Below, one piece after another: positions 19,110-30,100 of a stretch of 35,876 nucleotides of DNA (within the stretch, counting starts at the first letter, position 1; each line of letters begins with the position of its first letter). The stretch spans positions 1 to 35,876 of the forward strand of contig CAYVNG010000004.1 of NCBI GenBank assembly GCA_964452875.1. The letters run 5' to 3'. The DNA comes from an uncultured Candidatus Saccharibacteria bacterium (GTDB lineage Bacteria > Patescibacteriota > Minisyncoccia > Minisyncoccales > CAYVNG01). A program made the position numbers and the translations under genes. The notes beneath the pieces were generated by a model. It ran no database searches. It saw nothing but the letters and a program-made list of their open reading frames with translations, and was not told where the DNA came from.

Positions 19110-19523
19110 ATGGACTATTACGAACTGACAATATTGGCTTCTCCCGACCTTACGGAAGAAGAGTTGAACAAATTGAAGGAATCTGCCATTTCCGTGCTCC
19201 AGGAGGAAGGCGGAGTGGTGAGCGAATCGAACAGCCCGAGCAAGAAAACGCTGGGAGCCCAAATCAAAGGGAAAAATATCGCCTTTTTGCTTGTGTTTTC
19301 CTTTTCTTCGCCTTCAGAACAGATTAAAAGCCTTGAAGAGAAGCTTAGGAAGCTGCCTGAGATAATGAGATTTTTGCTGGTGAAAAGGCCAGCCCCCGGG
19401 AAGGAAATGAGAAAATCCCCCCGCCGAATCAGGGAGGCCGTTCCGAAAATAGAAGCGGAAAAAAAGCCAAAGGTCGAATTCGAGGAAATAGAGAAAAAAT
19501 TGGACGAAATCTTAGGCCAGTGA
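19110..19523 (+). CDS. rpsF: 30S ribosomal protein S6 with charged C-terminal extension
   Basis: MDYYELTILASPDL..., IMRFLLVK; rpsF-ssb-rpsR synteny; start set at ATG 19110, downstream of the promoter. Confidence 0.93.
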   Translation: MDYYELTILASPDLTEEELNKLKESAISVLQEEGGVVSESNSPSKKTLGAQIKGKNIAFLLVFSFSSPSEQIKSLEEKLRKLPEIMRFLLVKRPAPGKEMRKSPRRIREAVPKIEAEKKPKVEFEEIEKKLDEILGQ

Positions 19524-19548
19524 TCATTTTGGCCTTCGTTCCGCATCT

Positions 19549-19992
19549 ATGAATTTAAACAAAGTATTCGTCCTGGGAAACCTTACAAGGGATCCTGAAA
19601 TGAAATCCCTCCCCAGCGGAACTTCCGTCGCCACCTTCGGGATGGCCACGAACAGATTCTTCACCAAGGACGGGCAGAAACAGCAGGACACTGAATTCCA
19701 CAATATAGTGGCTTTCGGAAAATTGGCGGAAACCGTTTCAAGCTTCCTCAAAAAAGGCGGCCTGGTCCTCATCGAAGGAAGGATAAAAACCAGGAACTGG
19801 CAGGACCAGTCCGGGAACAAAAAGAACAGGACCGAAATCGTAGCTGAAAGGATACAATTGGGCCCCAGGGGAATTTCTTCCGCAGGGAAAAACTACGGAA
19901 AGCCAACAGCAGCCAGCGCTCCTTCCGACGAAGAAATACCAATAATAGAAGAAGAGGAAGAACAGATAGACGTGAAGGACATACCGTTCTAA
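19549..19992 (+). CDS. ssb: Single-stranded DNA-binding protein
   Basis: LNKVFVLGNLTRDPE, TEFHNIVAFGKLAE, acidic tail ending DIPF. Confidence 0.98.
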   Translation: MNLNKVFVLGNLTRDPEMKSLPSGTSVATFGMATNRFFTKDGQKQQDTEFHNIVAFGKLAETVSSFLKKGGLVLIEGRIKTRNWQDQSGNKKNRTEIVAERIQLGPRGISSAGKNYGKPTAASAPSDEEIPIIEEEEEQIDVKDIPF

Positions 19993-20023
19993 TTTTGAAG
20001 AAACACGGGTCAAAACACACACC

Positions 20024-20221
20024 ATGAACTGCTATTTTTGCCAAAAAAACATAAAGGAAATAGACTACAAGGACACCGACGTACTGAGGAAATTCATTTC
20101 CGGGCTTTTCAAGATCAGACCCAGAAAAAAAAGCGGAGTCTGCAGCAAACACCAGAGAAAACTGGCCACGGCCATAAAAAGGGCGAGAAGCTTGGGTCTG
20201 CTGCCCAACGTTCCGAGGTAG
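20024..20221 (+). CDS. rpsR: 30S ribosomal protein S18 (zinc-ligand-retaining form)
   Basis: CYFC..IDYKDTDVLRKFIS..GVCSKHQRKLATAIKRAR..LLP. Confidence 0.97.
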   Translation: MNCYFCQKNIKEIDYKDTDVLRKFISGLFKIRPRKKSGVCSKHQRKLATAIKRARSLGLLPNVPR

Positions 20222-20249
20222 CAAAAAACCGCTTCGAAGCGGTTTTTTG
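20222..20249. terminator. Bidirectional terminator between convergent rpsR and recA
   Basis: Perfect 28-bp palindrome CAAAAAACCGCTTCGAAGCGGTTTTTTG. Confidence 0.9.
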
Positions 20250-20260
20250 TTTGGATCGGT

Positions 20261-21274
20261 CTATTTTGCCTTTTTGTATATTTCAGCCTCTATTTTCTTC
20301 ACTACCTGGGGGTTTTCCTTGAGGAACTGTTTTGAAGCTTCCATGCCCTGTCCGAGCTTGGTTTCCTCGAACTGAAGCCAGCTCCCCGCCTTTTTGACCA
20401 CCTCGTATTTAATGGCCGTATTGAGTATGTCCATGAACTTGGATATGCCTTCGTTATAGTAAATGTCGAATTCCGTGGTCTTAAAAGGAGCAGCCACCTT
20501 GTTCTTGACTATCTTCGCCTTGATCCTGGAGCCGATAACTTCGTCCCCCTGCTTTATCTGGGCCCTCCTTCTCAATTCTATCCTCACTGAAGAATAGAAC
20601 TTCAGGGCGAGCCCTCCTGAAGTCGTTTCCGGATTGCCGAAAATGACGCCTATTTTCATCCTGGTCTGATTGAGGAAAATGACTGAAGTCCTGGTCTTGG
20701 AAATGATGCTCGAAAGCTTCCTTAAAGCCTGGCTCATCAGCCTGGCCTGCACCCCTATGTGCTGGTCCCCCACCTCTCCTGCCACTTCCACCTTAGGGAC
20801 CAAGGCCGCAACAGAGTCTATAATGATAAGATCCACTGCCCCTGATCTCACCAGGCTTTCAACTATCTGGAGGGCCTGTTCGCCTGAATCAGGCTGGGAT
20901 ATCAAAAGATCGTCAGTATTCACCCCTATCCTTTTGGCGTAATCGGGGTCCAGGGCGTGCTCAGCGTCCACAAAAGCTGCCGTCCCTCCTTTTCTTTGGG
21001 CTTCGGCTGCACAGTGGAGAGCCAAAGTGCTTTTTCCTGTCGCTTCCGGCCCGTATATCTCCACTATCCTGCCCCTGGGAATCCCGCCGATCCCCAGAAT
21101 CAAATCAATGGAAATGGCTCCTGTCGAAATGGCTTCAATGTCAACCGGAGTCACTTCTTTTAGCTTCATTATGGATCCTTCCCCGAACCTCTGTTTTATC
21201 TCGTCTATCGCCTCCTGGAGGTCCTCATTCTTCCCATCCAACTTGAGCTCTTTCGGCTCTTTTTTCTTTTTCAT
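20261..21274 (-). CDS. recA: Recombinase RecA
   Basis: [62 protein letters not shown]. Confidence 0.99.
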   Translation of the reverse strand: MKKKKEPKELKLDGKNEDLQEAIDEIKQRFGEGSIMKLKEVTPVDIEAISTGAISIDLILGIGGIPRGRIVEIYGPEATGKSTLALHCAAEAQRKGGTAAFVDAEHALDPDYAKRIGVNTDDLLISQPDSGEQALQIVESLVRSGAVDLIIIDSVAALVPKVEVAGEVGDQHIGVQARLMSQALRKLSSIISKTRTSVIFLNQTRMKIGVIFGNPETTSGGLALKFYSSVRIELRRRAQIKQGDEVIGSRIKAKIVKNKVAAPFKTTEFDIYYNEGISKFMDILNTAIKYEVVKKAGSWLQFEETKLGQGMEASKQFLKENPQVVKKIEAEIYKKAK

Positions 21275-21283
21275 AATTGAATG

Positions 21284-23467
21284 TTATTTTTCCGGCTCTT
21301 CTTGGCCGGTGTAGACTTCCCTGGGTTTTGCCCCTTCCCCGGGACCGACGATTCCCTTTTCTTCAAGCATGTCGACTAATCTCGCCGCTCTTGCGTATCC
21401 AACCCTCAGCCTGCGCTGAAGCAGGGAGGCAGAAGCCTTCCTGGCTTCAATGACAACTTTTTTCGCTTCTTCGTAAAGAGGATCCTCCCCAGAAGAGAAC
21501 CCGTCGCTTTGAGCTTCCAGCGCCCCTGTTAAAGACTGAAAAGTGCTGTTCTCTATCTCGCCGGAAATGTCTTCCTTCTCCTCCCCTGTATTGTTGGAAA
21601 TGATGTAGTTTACGACCTTCTTCACTTCTTTCTCGGAAACGAAAACTCCCTGGATCCTTTTGGGTTTGACGATCTCGGCTGATATGAAAAGAAGGTCACC
21701 GAAACCTAGAAGCTTTTCGGCCCCGGCGGTGTCTATCACCGTCCTGGAATCAACTTGGGAAGCCACTTGGAAAGTTATCCTTGAGGTGACATTCGCTTTT
21801 ATGAGCCCGGTGATCACTTCCACCGAGGGCCTTTGGGTGGCGAGTATCAAATGTATGCCTACCGCCCTGGCCATCTGAGCCAGCCTCACTATGCCTGCTT
21901 CCATTTCCTTCCCCCTGGCAGCCATCAGGTCGGCCAGCTCGTCAACTACCAAAACGATGTACGGAAGCCTTTCCATGGAGTCGAGATTGTTGTGGTAAAC
22001 TTTGTTGTATTCAGATATGTCCCTGGATTTGGCTTCGGAAAGAACCTCGAATCTCCTTTCCATTTCCCCGATCAGCCACTTCAAGGCATTGACCGCCTTC
22101 TGAGAGTTATGAATGACCGGACACAAAAGATGCGGAATCTCATTATAAACGGAAAACTCGACCCTTTTGGGATCGACCAAAATCAGCTTCAGATCCTCAG
22201 GGCTGTTGCCGTAAAGAAGGCTTAGGATGATGGTATTCAAACATATTGTTTTCCCGGTCCCGGTGGCTCCTGCGACGAGCAAGTGAGGCATCTTGCCAAG
22301 GTCGGCAAAGACCGGATTCCCGGCCACGTCCCTTCCCAGGCAGAATGCAAGAGGAGAAATTGCGTTCTGGAAGCCTGAATGCTCGATCATGTCCCTCAGC
22401 CTCACGATTGCTCTGGTCTTGTTGGGAACCTCGATTCCAACCAATGGCCGGCCTGGAATGGGAGCTTCTATCCTTATGGGATGGCTGGCCAAAGACATGG
22501 AAAGGTCGTTTGACAGGACAGTGATCTTCGAAAGCTTTACTCCTTCGGCCGGCTTTAAAGCGTACTGAGTGACAGTGGGCCCGAAGTTCACTTCGGAAAC
22601 CTCCACCTGAATGTCAAAATTCTGCAGCGTCCTCTTTATTATGGCCGAATTTATCTTCACGTCCCCGGCCGTGGCTCCTCCCTTGTCCTTTTCCAAAAGA
22701 TCGACGGGCGGGAATTTGTAGCTGGAAGCTGCCCTGTCCGAGGCTTTCCAGCCCATTCTCATCTCAAGGCTCTTCGCCAGATCCGATTCAGGAGAGGGAT
22801 TCTCCTTTGCCTGGGGAGGGATTGCAGGATTCAGGTCGATGGATGCGGGAACGTCCTTTACTTTGAATTTGGGGGTGAATATCCTGCGGATCGATATCTG
22901 TCTTTTCTCAGATCCCGGTTCAAAGAGTCTTTTCTCTTCTTTTTTGAAAGCTTTGAAAACGTTCGGCCGGCCGGACAGATGCCAGAACATGGCTAGGGCT
23001 ACGATAATGACAATCGAAAAAACGATCTTCGAAACCACTTCCCCGAACAGCCTTAAAAAGGGAAGGGAAAGAAGGTATCCTATCTCCCCTCCGGCCTTTT
23101 CTTCGCCGCCGAACGATCCGATAAGGCCCGCAATGCCCAACAGCAAAAGGACCTGCGACAGCGCGACAGGTCCGGTTATTTTTTTTATTTTGACGTTCAA
23201 AAAAGCCACGGCCCCGGCTATTAAGGCCAAAGGCAGGAAAAAGAAGGCCTTTCCGATAATAGTTTCGAAGACATCGGTCAAAGCTTCTCCTACAATTCCG
23301 GCTTTATTAAAAAAGCTCAAAGAAACCACCACTGCGGCCAAAACCAAAGCCGCGCTCGCCAGCCATCTTTTCATTTCTTCAGGGAGGTTGAGGCGGCTGG
23401 TCTTTTTCTCTCTTATTGTTCTCTTCGCTTTCTTGGAATTCCTTGAATTATTCTTTACCACTCGCAT
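21284..23467 (-). CDS. ftsK: DNA translocase FtsK/SpoIIIE
   Basis: N-terminal 4TM domain; MPHLLVAGATGTGKT, VVDELADLM, LATQRPSV; gamma domain SLLQRRLRVGYARAARLVD. Confidence 0.97.
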   Translation of the reverse strand: MRVVKNNSRNSKKAKRTIREKKTSRLNLPEEMKRWLASAALVLAAVVVSLSFFNKAGIVGEALTDVFETIIGKAFFFLPLALIAGAVAFLNVKIKKITGPVALSQVLLLLGIAGLIGSFGGEEKAGGEIGYLLSLPFLRLFGEVVSKIVFSIVIIVALAMFWHLSGRPNVFKAFKKEEKRLFEPGSEKRQISIRRIFTPKFKVKDVPASIDLNPAIPPQAKENPSPESDLAKSLEMRMGWKASDRAASSYKFPPVDLLEKDKGGATAGDVKINSAIIKRTLQNFDIQVEVSEVNFGPTVTQYALKPAEGVKLSKITVLSNDLSMSLASHPIRIEAPIPGRPLVGIEVPNKTRAIVRLRDMIEHSGFQNAISPLAFCLGRDVAGNPVFADLGKMPHLLVAGATGTGKTICLNTIILSLLYGNSPEDLKLILVDPKRVEFSVYNEIPHLLCPVIHNSQKAVNALKWLIGEMERRFEVLSEAKSRDISEYNKVYHNNLDSMERLPYIVLVVDELADLMAARGKEMEAGIVRLAQMARAVGIHLILATQRPSVEVITGLIKANVTSRITFQVASQVDSRTVIDTAGAEKLLGFGDLLFISAEIVKPKRIQGVFVSEKEVKKVVNYIISNNTGEEKEDISGEIENSTFQSLTGALEAQSDGFSSGEDPLYEEAKKVVIEARKASASLLQRRLRVGYARAARLVDMLEEKGIVGPGEGAKPREVYTGQEEPEK

Positions 23468-23531
23468 TTTCGGGAAAATGCATGGCCCGGCGGCATTGAA
23501 ACTTGCAGCCGGAACAATCGCGCATTTTCTC

Positions 23532-26500
23532 CTATTTCTTGAACCCTGTTCCTACTGGTATTAGTTTACCAATGATCACGTTTTCCTTCAAGCCGCGGAG
23601 CTTGTCTTCCTTGCCTTCGAAAGCGGCTTTAATGAGGATCCTCGCCGTTTCCTGGAAGGAGGCGGCCGACAGGAAAGAGTCGGTGGTTAGGGCAACTTTG
23701 GTGATTCCAAGAAGTATCTGCTGGTCTTTGGCTGGAGCCTTGTCTTCCTTCTTCAGCCTCGCATTCTCCTCTAAAAATCTTGATTTCTCCACCACTTCCC
23801 CCGCATCGAAAATGCTGTCTCCTTTTTCTTTTATCTTCACTCTTGAGAACATCTGCTTTATGATGACTTCGATGTGCTTGTCGTGGATGACCGCCCCTTG
23901 GGAGACGTATATTTTCTGGATATCCCTTAGAACATACTGCTGGGTTTCTTTCATGTCAGTCAAGGAAAAAAGCTCTTTTAAATCCACGTTCCCCTCGAAA
24001 AGCTGCTGCCCTTTTTTGACAGGCTGGCCGGGAGCGACCCAGATGGCTCTCTTTAAAGGAACGGCGTATTCCAGAACGTCTGTTTTTTTCGCTTTCTTTT
24101 TCGGACCATTGTCAAAAACTTTGATTTTGATGATCCTCTCCGGGGTGATTTCCAGCACTTCTCCGTCCGTCTCGGAAATCGAGGCTTTCCCTTTCGGGAT
24201 CCTGCATTCAAATATTTCTTCCACTCTGGGAAGCCCCTGGGTGATGTCTCCTCCGCCGGCAACACCTCCGGTATGGAACGTTCTCATGGTCAGCTGAGTT
24301 CCAGGCTCTCCGATTGCCTGGGCAGCCACTATTCCCACGGCCTCCCCAAGCCCCACTATCTTATTTCTGCCCAAATCCCAGCCGTAGCATTTCTGGCACA
24401 CTCCGCTCTTGGTCTTGCAGCTCAAAGGACTCCTGACCGGTATTTCTCTGACGTTCGCCTCGTCTATCTCCCCTGCTTTTTTCCAGTCAATAGCCTCTCC
24501 CTTTTCCACGATCGTCTTTTTGGTCGAAGGGTTGATTATCCTCTGGGTTGCCACTCTGCCCACTATCTTGAATCCGATGTTTTGGCCGATCTTTTCCGCT
24601 TCTTCTTTCTTTATCACCACGCCCTCTGAATCCTTGCAGTCCTCTTCCGTCACTATCACCTCATGAGCGACGTCCACCAGCCTTCTGGTGAGATACCCCG
24701 CCGTGGAAGTTCTGAGGGCGGTATCGGCAGTCCCTTTCCTGGCTCCGTGGGTAGAAATGAAGTATTCCAGCACGTCCAGCCCTTCTTTATAGGAATGCTT
24801 GACCGGCAATTCTATGATCTGGCCGGCCGGATTGGTCACCAGCCCTTTCATCCCCGACATCTGGACCGGCTGGGACCAGGATCCCCTGGCTCCGGAGCTG
24901 ATTATGGAAAATACGGGATTGGATTCGCCCAAAGTCTTAGGAACCAACTTCTCTATTTCTGACTTCACTTTCTGCCAGACTTCGATCGCCCTGTCCTTCT
25001 TTTCCTCCCTGGACAAAAGCCCTTTCCTGTAATGGGAGTCTATATCTTCTATCTCCTTTTCAGCTTTGGCCATTATGACCGGCTTCTCTGGCGGAACCAC
25101 CAGGTCATCCATCCCCCAGGTGATTCCGGACAGAGTGGAGTATTCGAACCCCAGCTTCTTTATCTTGTCCAAAGACTCCTGGGCGGTTAGGTTGTCTGAA
25201 GAATCTATCACCGCGCCGACTATTTTCTCAAGCTTCTTTGAGTTTATTTCCTCGTTGACGAACGGATACCCTTTGGGAAGGGCATTGTTGAAAAGAATCC
25301 TTCCCACCGAGGTTTCAACGATGCCGTCTTCCATCCTCACCTTTATCCTGGCCCTCAGGTCGATCACTTCGGAATCAAAGGCCAGGATGGCCTCGTTCTT
25401 TGATCCGAAAATCTTGCCTTCTCCCATCGCCTCTTCCTTCATTTTGCATATCCAATAGACTCCCAGGGTTATATCCTGGCTGGGGGCGACTATAGGCATT
25501 CCTGTGGCGGGCTTCAAAAGATTCGAAGCCGAAAGCATGAGTTCTTTGGCCTCTTTTTGGGCCATATCGGAAAGCGGAAGATGGACGGCCATCTGGTCTC
25601 CGTCAAAGTCGGCATTGAAAGCTTTGCAGGTCATGGGATGTATCCTTATCGCCTGGTCTTCGATAAGGAGGGGATAAAAAGCCTGGATGCCCAGCCTGTG
25701 AAGGGTCGGAGCTCGATTCAGCAGGACCAGCTTGTCTTTCACGCATTCTTCAAGCATCGCCCAGACTTCGGGAGTCTCCTCTTCTATGAGCTTGCTTGCG
25801 CTCCTGACGTTGTAGGCCAATTCCCTGTCCAGTATTTTTTTGATCACAAAAGGCTTGAAAAGCTCCAAAGCCATCCTTTTGGGAATGCCTACTTGGTTGA
25901 ACTTCAATTCAGGTCCGACGACGATGACCGATCTTGCCGAATAGTCCACCCTTTTGCCCAGAAGGTTCTGTCTGAACCTGCCCTGCTTTCCCTTGAGCAT
26001 GTCAGCTAAAGACTTTAACAGCCTTTTGCCTCCGGTGGTGGCGGTAGTGGTCTGCCCTTTCCTCATGGTATTGTCTATCAAAGCGTCCACCGCCTCCTGA
26101 AGCATTCTTTTCTCGTTCCTGACAATGACATCCGGCGCGTTTATCTCCAAAAGGTATTTCAAACGGTTGTTTCTATTGATCACCCTCCTGTAAAGGTCGT
26201 TCAGATCAGAGGAGGCGTATCTTCCTCCGTCAAGCTGGACCATGGGCCTGAGCTCCGGAGGCAAGACCGGCAAATGGGTCAAAAACATCCATTCTGGCTT
26301 GATTCCGGCTTTCAGCATTTTTTGGATGACCCTGGCCCTTCTCAGGACCTTTCTTTTTTTCTCAGGAGTGGTGTCTTCAGCTTCCTTCAAAAGGCTTTTG
26401 AAAAGGCTTTTCCAGTCGATGTTGGATAAAATCTTCCTCAAAGTTTCCGCCCCGGTCCCGGCTTCAAAGATCTCCCCGTATTTAAGGGACAGATCGGTAT

Positions 26501-27119
26501 ATTCCGTCTCAGACAGCACCTTCAGTTCTTTTATCCCCTGGACCTCTTCCATAGTCCTGCTCTTCAGGTTTTTCAGCCTTTCCAAACGGGACTTGGCCTG
26601 CTTTTCCTCTGCCTTCCCTTCCTTGAGCGAGGATTTCTCCTTTTTGACTTTCTGTTTGTATTCTTTCTCTATTTCCTCTATGATCCTGGCTTTGGCAGCC
26701 TCGTCAACCTTCGTTACAATGTAGCTTGCAAAATAGATTACCCTTTCCAGCTGCTGCATGGGTATGTCAGTTATGATGCCCATCCTGGAAGGCACCCCCC
26801 TAAGAAACCAGATGTGGGAGCAAGGGGAAGAGAGCTTGATGTGCCCTATCCTTTCCCTCCTGACCTGGGATTTGGTTATCTCCACCCCGCATTTGTCGCA
26901 GACCACCCCTTTATATCGGATGCCTTTGTATTTCCCGCAATAGCATTCGTAGTCTTTGGAAGGCCCGAAAATCTTCTCGCAGAACAGGCCGTCTTTCTCC
27001 GGCCTCTGCGTCCTGTAGTTGATGGTTTCAGGCTTTGTGACTTCTCCCTTAGACCAGCCTAATATGACTTCGGGCGAAGCCAGCGATATCTTTATTGATT
27101 TTAAGTCTGCGACTTTCAT
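23532..27119 (-). CDS. rpoC: RNA polymerase beta' subunit
   Basis: PETINYRT, Zn-finger CYCGKYK..CDKC, FNADFDGDQMAVH, GEPGTQLTMRTFH. Confidence 0.99.
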   Translation of the reverse strand: MKVADLKSIKISLASPEVILGWSKGEVTKPETINYRTQRPEKDGLFCEKIFGPSKDYECYCGKYKGIRYKGVVCDKCGVEITKSQVRRERIGHIKLSSPCSHIWFLRGVPSRMGIITDIPMQQLERVIYFASYIVTKVDEAAKARIIEEIEKEYKQKVKKEKSSLKEGKAEEKQAKSRLERLKNLKSRTMEEVQGIKELKVLSETEYTDLSLKYGEIFEAGTGAETLRKILSNIDWKSLFKSLLKEAEDTTPEKKRKVLRRARVIQKMLKAGIKPEWMFLTHLPVLPPELRPMVQLDGGRYASSDLNDLYRRVINRNNRLKYLLEINAPDVIVRNEKRMLQEAVDALIDNTMRKGQTTTATTGGKRLLKSLADMLKGKQGRFRQNLLGKRVDYSARSVIVVGPELKFNQVGIPKRMALELFKPFVIKKILDRELAYNVRSASKLIEEETPEVWAMLEECVKDKLVLLNRAPTLHRLGIQAFYPLLIEDQAIRIHPMTCKAFNADFDGDQMAVHLPLSDMAQKEAKELMLSASNLLKPATGMPIVAPSQDITLGVYWICKMKEEAMGEGKIFGSKNEAILAFDSEVIDLRARIKVRMEDGIVETSVGRILFNNALPKGYPFVNEEINSKKLEKIVGAVIDSSDNLTAQESLDKIKKLGFEYSTLSGITWGMDDLVVPPEKPVIMAKAEKEIEDIDSHYRKGLLSREEKKDRAIEVWQKVKSEIEKLVPKTLGESNPVFSIISSGARGSWSQPVQMSGMKGLVTNPAGQIIELPVKHSYKEGLDVLEYFISTHGARKGTADTALRTSTAGYLTRRLVDVAHEVIVTEEDCKDSEGVVIKKEEAEKIGQNIGFKIVGRVATQRIINPSTKKTIVEKGEAIDWKKAGEIDEANVREIPVRSPLSCKTKSGVCQKCYGWDLGRNKIVGLGEAVGIVAAQAIGEPGTQLTMRTFHTGGVAGGGDITQGLPRVEEIFECRIPKGKASISETDGEVLEITPERIIKIKVFDNGPKKKAKKTDVLEYAVPLKRAIWVAPGQPVKKGQQLFEGNVDLKELFSLTDMKETQQYVLRDIQKIYVSQGAVIHDKHIEVIIKQMFSRVKIKEKGDSIFDAGEVVEKSRFLEENARLKKEDKAPAKDQQILLGITKVALTTDSFLSAASFQETARILIKAAFEGKEDKLRGLKENVIIGKLIPVGTGFKK

Positions 27120-27130
27120 GCTTTTTAAGG

Positions 27131-30100
27131 TTAATTTTCGTCCTCTTTGACAATTCCTTCTTTCACGTCGAAGTTCAAAGCCAGCGATCTCAGTTCCGCG
27201 ACTAAAAGGTTGAATGAAGCGGGTATGTTGGGACTTTTTATCTCTTCCCCGGTCAAAATCGAGTTGTAAGTGGCCGCCCTTCCGATGACGTCGTCTGACT
27301 TGATGGTTAGCATTTCCTGGAGAATATGGGCTGCTCCGTAACCTTCCAGCGCCCAGACTTCCATTTCCCCGAACCTCTGCCCTCCGAACTGGGCTTTACC
27401 GCCCAAAGGCTGCTGGGTGATCAATGAATACGGCCCAATGGACCTCATATGGATCTTGTCTTCCACCATATGGACCAATTTCATTATATATATGTAGCCG
27501 ACGGTGATCTTTTCCGGGAATCGATTCCCGGTTTTCCCGTCGTAAAGCGTCACCTTCCCGTTTTCAGGAAGATTCGCTTCCTTCAAAGCCGCTTTGATGT
27601 CCTTCTCGGTAGCTCCCGACAAAGACGGGGTGACGGCTATGTATCCCATCTTCTTTGCCGCCCATCCGAGATGTGTTTCCAAAATCTGGCCGATGTTCAT
27701 CCTTGAAGATACTCCCAAAGGATTCAAAACAATGTCCACCGGAGTCCCGTCTTCCATGAAGGGCATTTCCTCTTCAGGCAAAACCTTGGTGATGACCCCT
27801 TTGTTTCCGTGACGGCCGGCAACCTTGTCTCCGGCAGTTATCTTCCTCAGCTGGGCGACTTCCACCCTGATCCTTTTCACCACTCCTGGCTCCAATTTAT
27901 ATCCGTCCTCCCTGGAAAAAACCTTCACCCCCACCACTCTTCCCCTTTTCCCATGGGACATGAGCAAGGAGGTGTCTTTCACTTCTTTGGCTTTTTCCCC
28001 GAAAATGGCCCTCAGCAGCCTTTCTTCCGCAGTCAGTTCAGCCTCCCCTTTAGGGGAGATCTTTCCGACCAGAATGTCGTTGGGCCCCACTTCCGCTCCG
28101 ATCCTGACGATTCCTTCCTCATCCAGGTCTTTCAATTTGTCCTCCCCGACATTGGGTATGTCTGCAGTAGTGGACTCCGGCCCGAGCTTGGTCTCCCTGA
28201 CGTCGCAGCTGAAGTCTTCCAGATGTATCGATGTAAAAATGTCGTCTTTCACCAGCCTTTCGGAAATGATCACTCCGTCTTCGTAGTTCTCCCCTCTCCA
28301 GGGTATGAAAGCCACGAAAAGGTTGGTCCCCAAAGCAAGCCTGCCTTTCTCAATGGCCCCTCCGTCTGCCAAGACCTCTCCTTTCCTCACTTTTTGCCCT
28401 TTCTCGACAACCGGCCTCTGATGCAGGCACGTGTACTGATTGGTCCTCACGAAGTTGGTGAGGTCGTAAGAATTGACCTTCGCCCTTTCTCCGTCTTTCG
28501 ATTTGACTTTAACGTGGCTGGCGTCCACTTCTTCAACTATTCCGTCTTCAAGGGAAAAAACAGCCTGGCCGGAGTCAAAAGCCACTTTCCCTTCCATCCC
28601 GGTTGAAACCAAAGGAGTCTCCGGCTTCACCAGAGGCACTGCCTGGCGCTGCATATTGGATCCCATCAATGCACGGTTGGCGTCGTCGTTTCTCAAAAAA
28701 GGAACAAGGGAAGTAGCTACGGAAATGCACTGCTCAGGGGAAACGTCGACGAAGTTTATCTGGTCTCTCATCACCACGGTCGGCTCCCCTTTGACCCTTG
28801 CTTCCACTTTTTCGGGAATAATATTGTTTTTATCGTCAACCGCCAGCACTCCTGAGGCGATGTTATACCTTTCTTCCTCGTAAGCGTTCAAATATTGGAT
28901 TTCGCTGGAAATCTTGCCTTTCTCAACCTTGAAATACGGAGTTTCTATGAATCCGTATGGGTTTATCCTGGCGAAAGCGGCCACGTGCCCGACCAGTCCG
29001 ATATTAGGGCCTTCAGGAGTCTGAATAGGACAAATTCTACCGTAATGGGAAGGCTGTACGTCCCTCACTTCAAACCCGGCCCTCTCTCTGGTCAATCCTC
29101 CAGGTCCCGTAGCAGAAAGCCTTCTCTTGTGCTCCAGTTCGGCCAAAGGATTCTCGTTGTCCATGAATTGGGACATTTGGGACGAGCTGAAAAATTCCTT
29201 TATCACCGCCATCACCGGCTTTGAGTTGACCAGCTGGGAAGGAGTGAGGGTGCTGACGTCCAAGGTGGACATTCTGTCTTTTATGATTCTTTCCATCCTC
29301 ATCAACCCGACCCTCATCCTATTCTGCAAAAGCTCGTTTAAAGCCCTGACTCTTCTGTTGCCCAAATGGTCGATCTGATCGGGATCTGAGTCCGGCGTGT
29401 TATTGAGCCTTATTATCTCCCTGATCACTTCGACGACATCTTCTGGCTTCAAAACCCTGTCTTCAATTGAAATGTTCAGGGACTCGTTTCCCTTGGAATC
29501 CTTCTGTTTTTTCCCGGAAGATTTCGCCAGCAAAGGCAGGCGCTGCCATGTTTTCCATCTCCCGACCTTGGACAGGTCGTATCTTTCAAAATTGAAAAAC
29601 ATGTTCTTGAAAAGTTCTCCCGCGCTCTCCGGAGTCACCATTTCCCCGGGCCTAAGCCTCTTGTATATTTCAACCCAGGCATCGCCTTGGGTGGCGACGA
29701 CGTCTTTGGCCAGGGTCTGCTCTATGAATTTAAGCTCGGGATCGTTATCCACGTCCGAAAACATATCCTTGATGGTTTCCGTGCTGTCGATGCCCAAAGC
29801 CCTCAGCAAGGTGGTGGCGGCCACTTTTCTTTTTCTGTCTATTTTCACTCCTATAAAACCTGACGCTTCTGTCTCGAATTCAAGCCAGGCTCCCCTGTTC
29901 GGGATGATTTTGGCTCCGAAATATTTTTTGCCCCCGACCGTCTGAGCGGTGAAAAATGCTCCGGGCGATCTTATCAGCTGGGCGATGGTCACCCTTTCCA
30001 CCCCGTTCATGACAAAAGTCCCTCTTTTCGTCATCATGGGAAAATCGGCAAGGAATATTTCCTGCTCTTTCACCTCCTTGGTCTTCAAATTCACCAGCTT

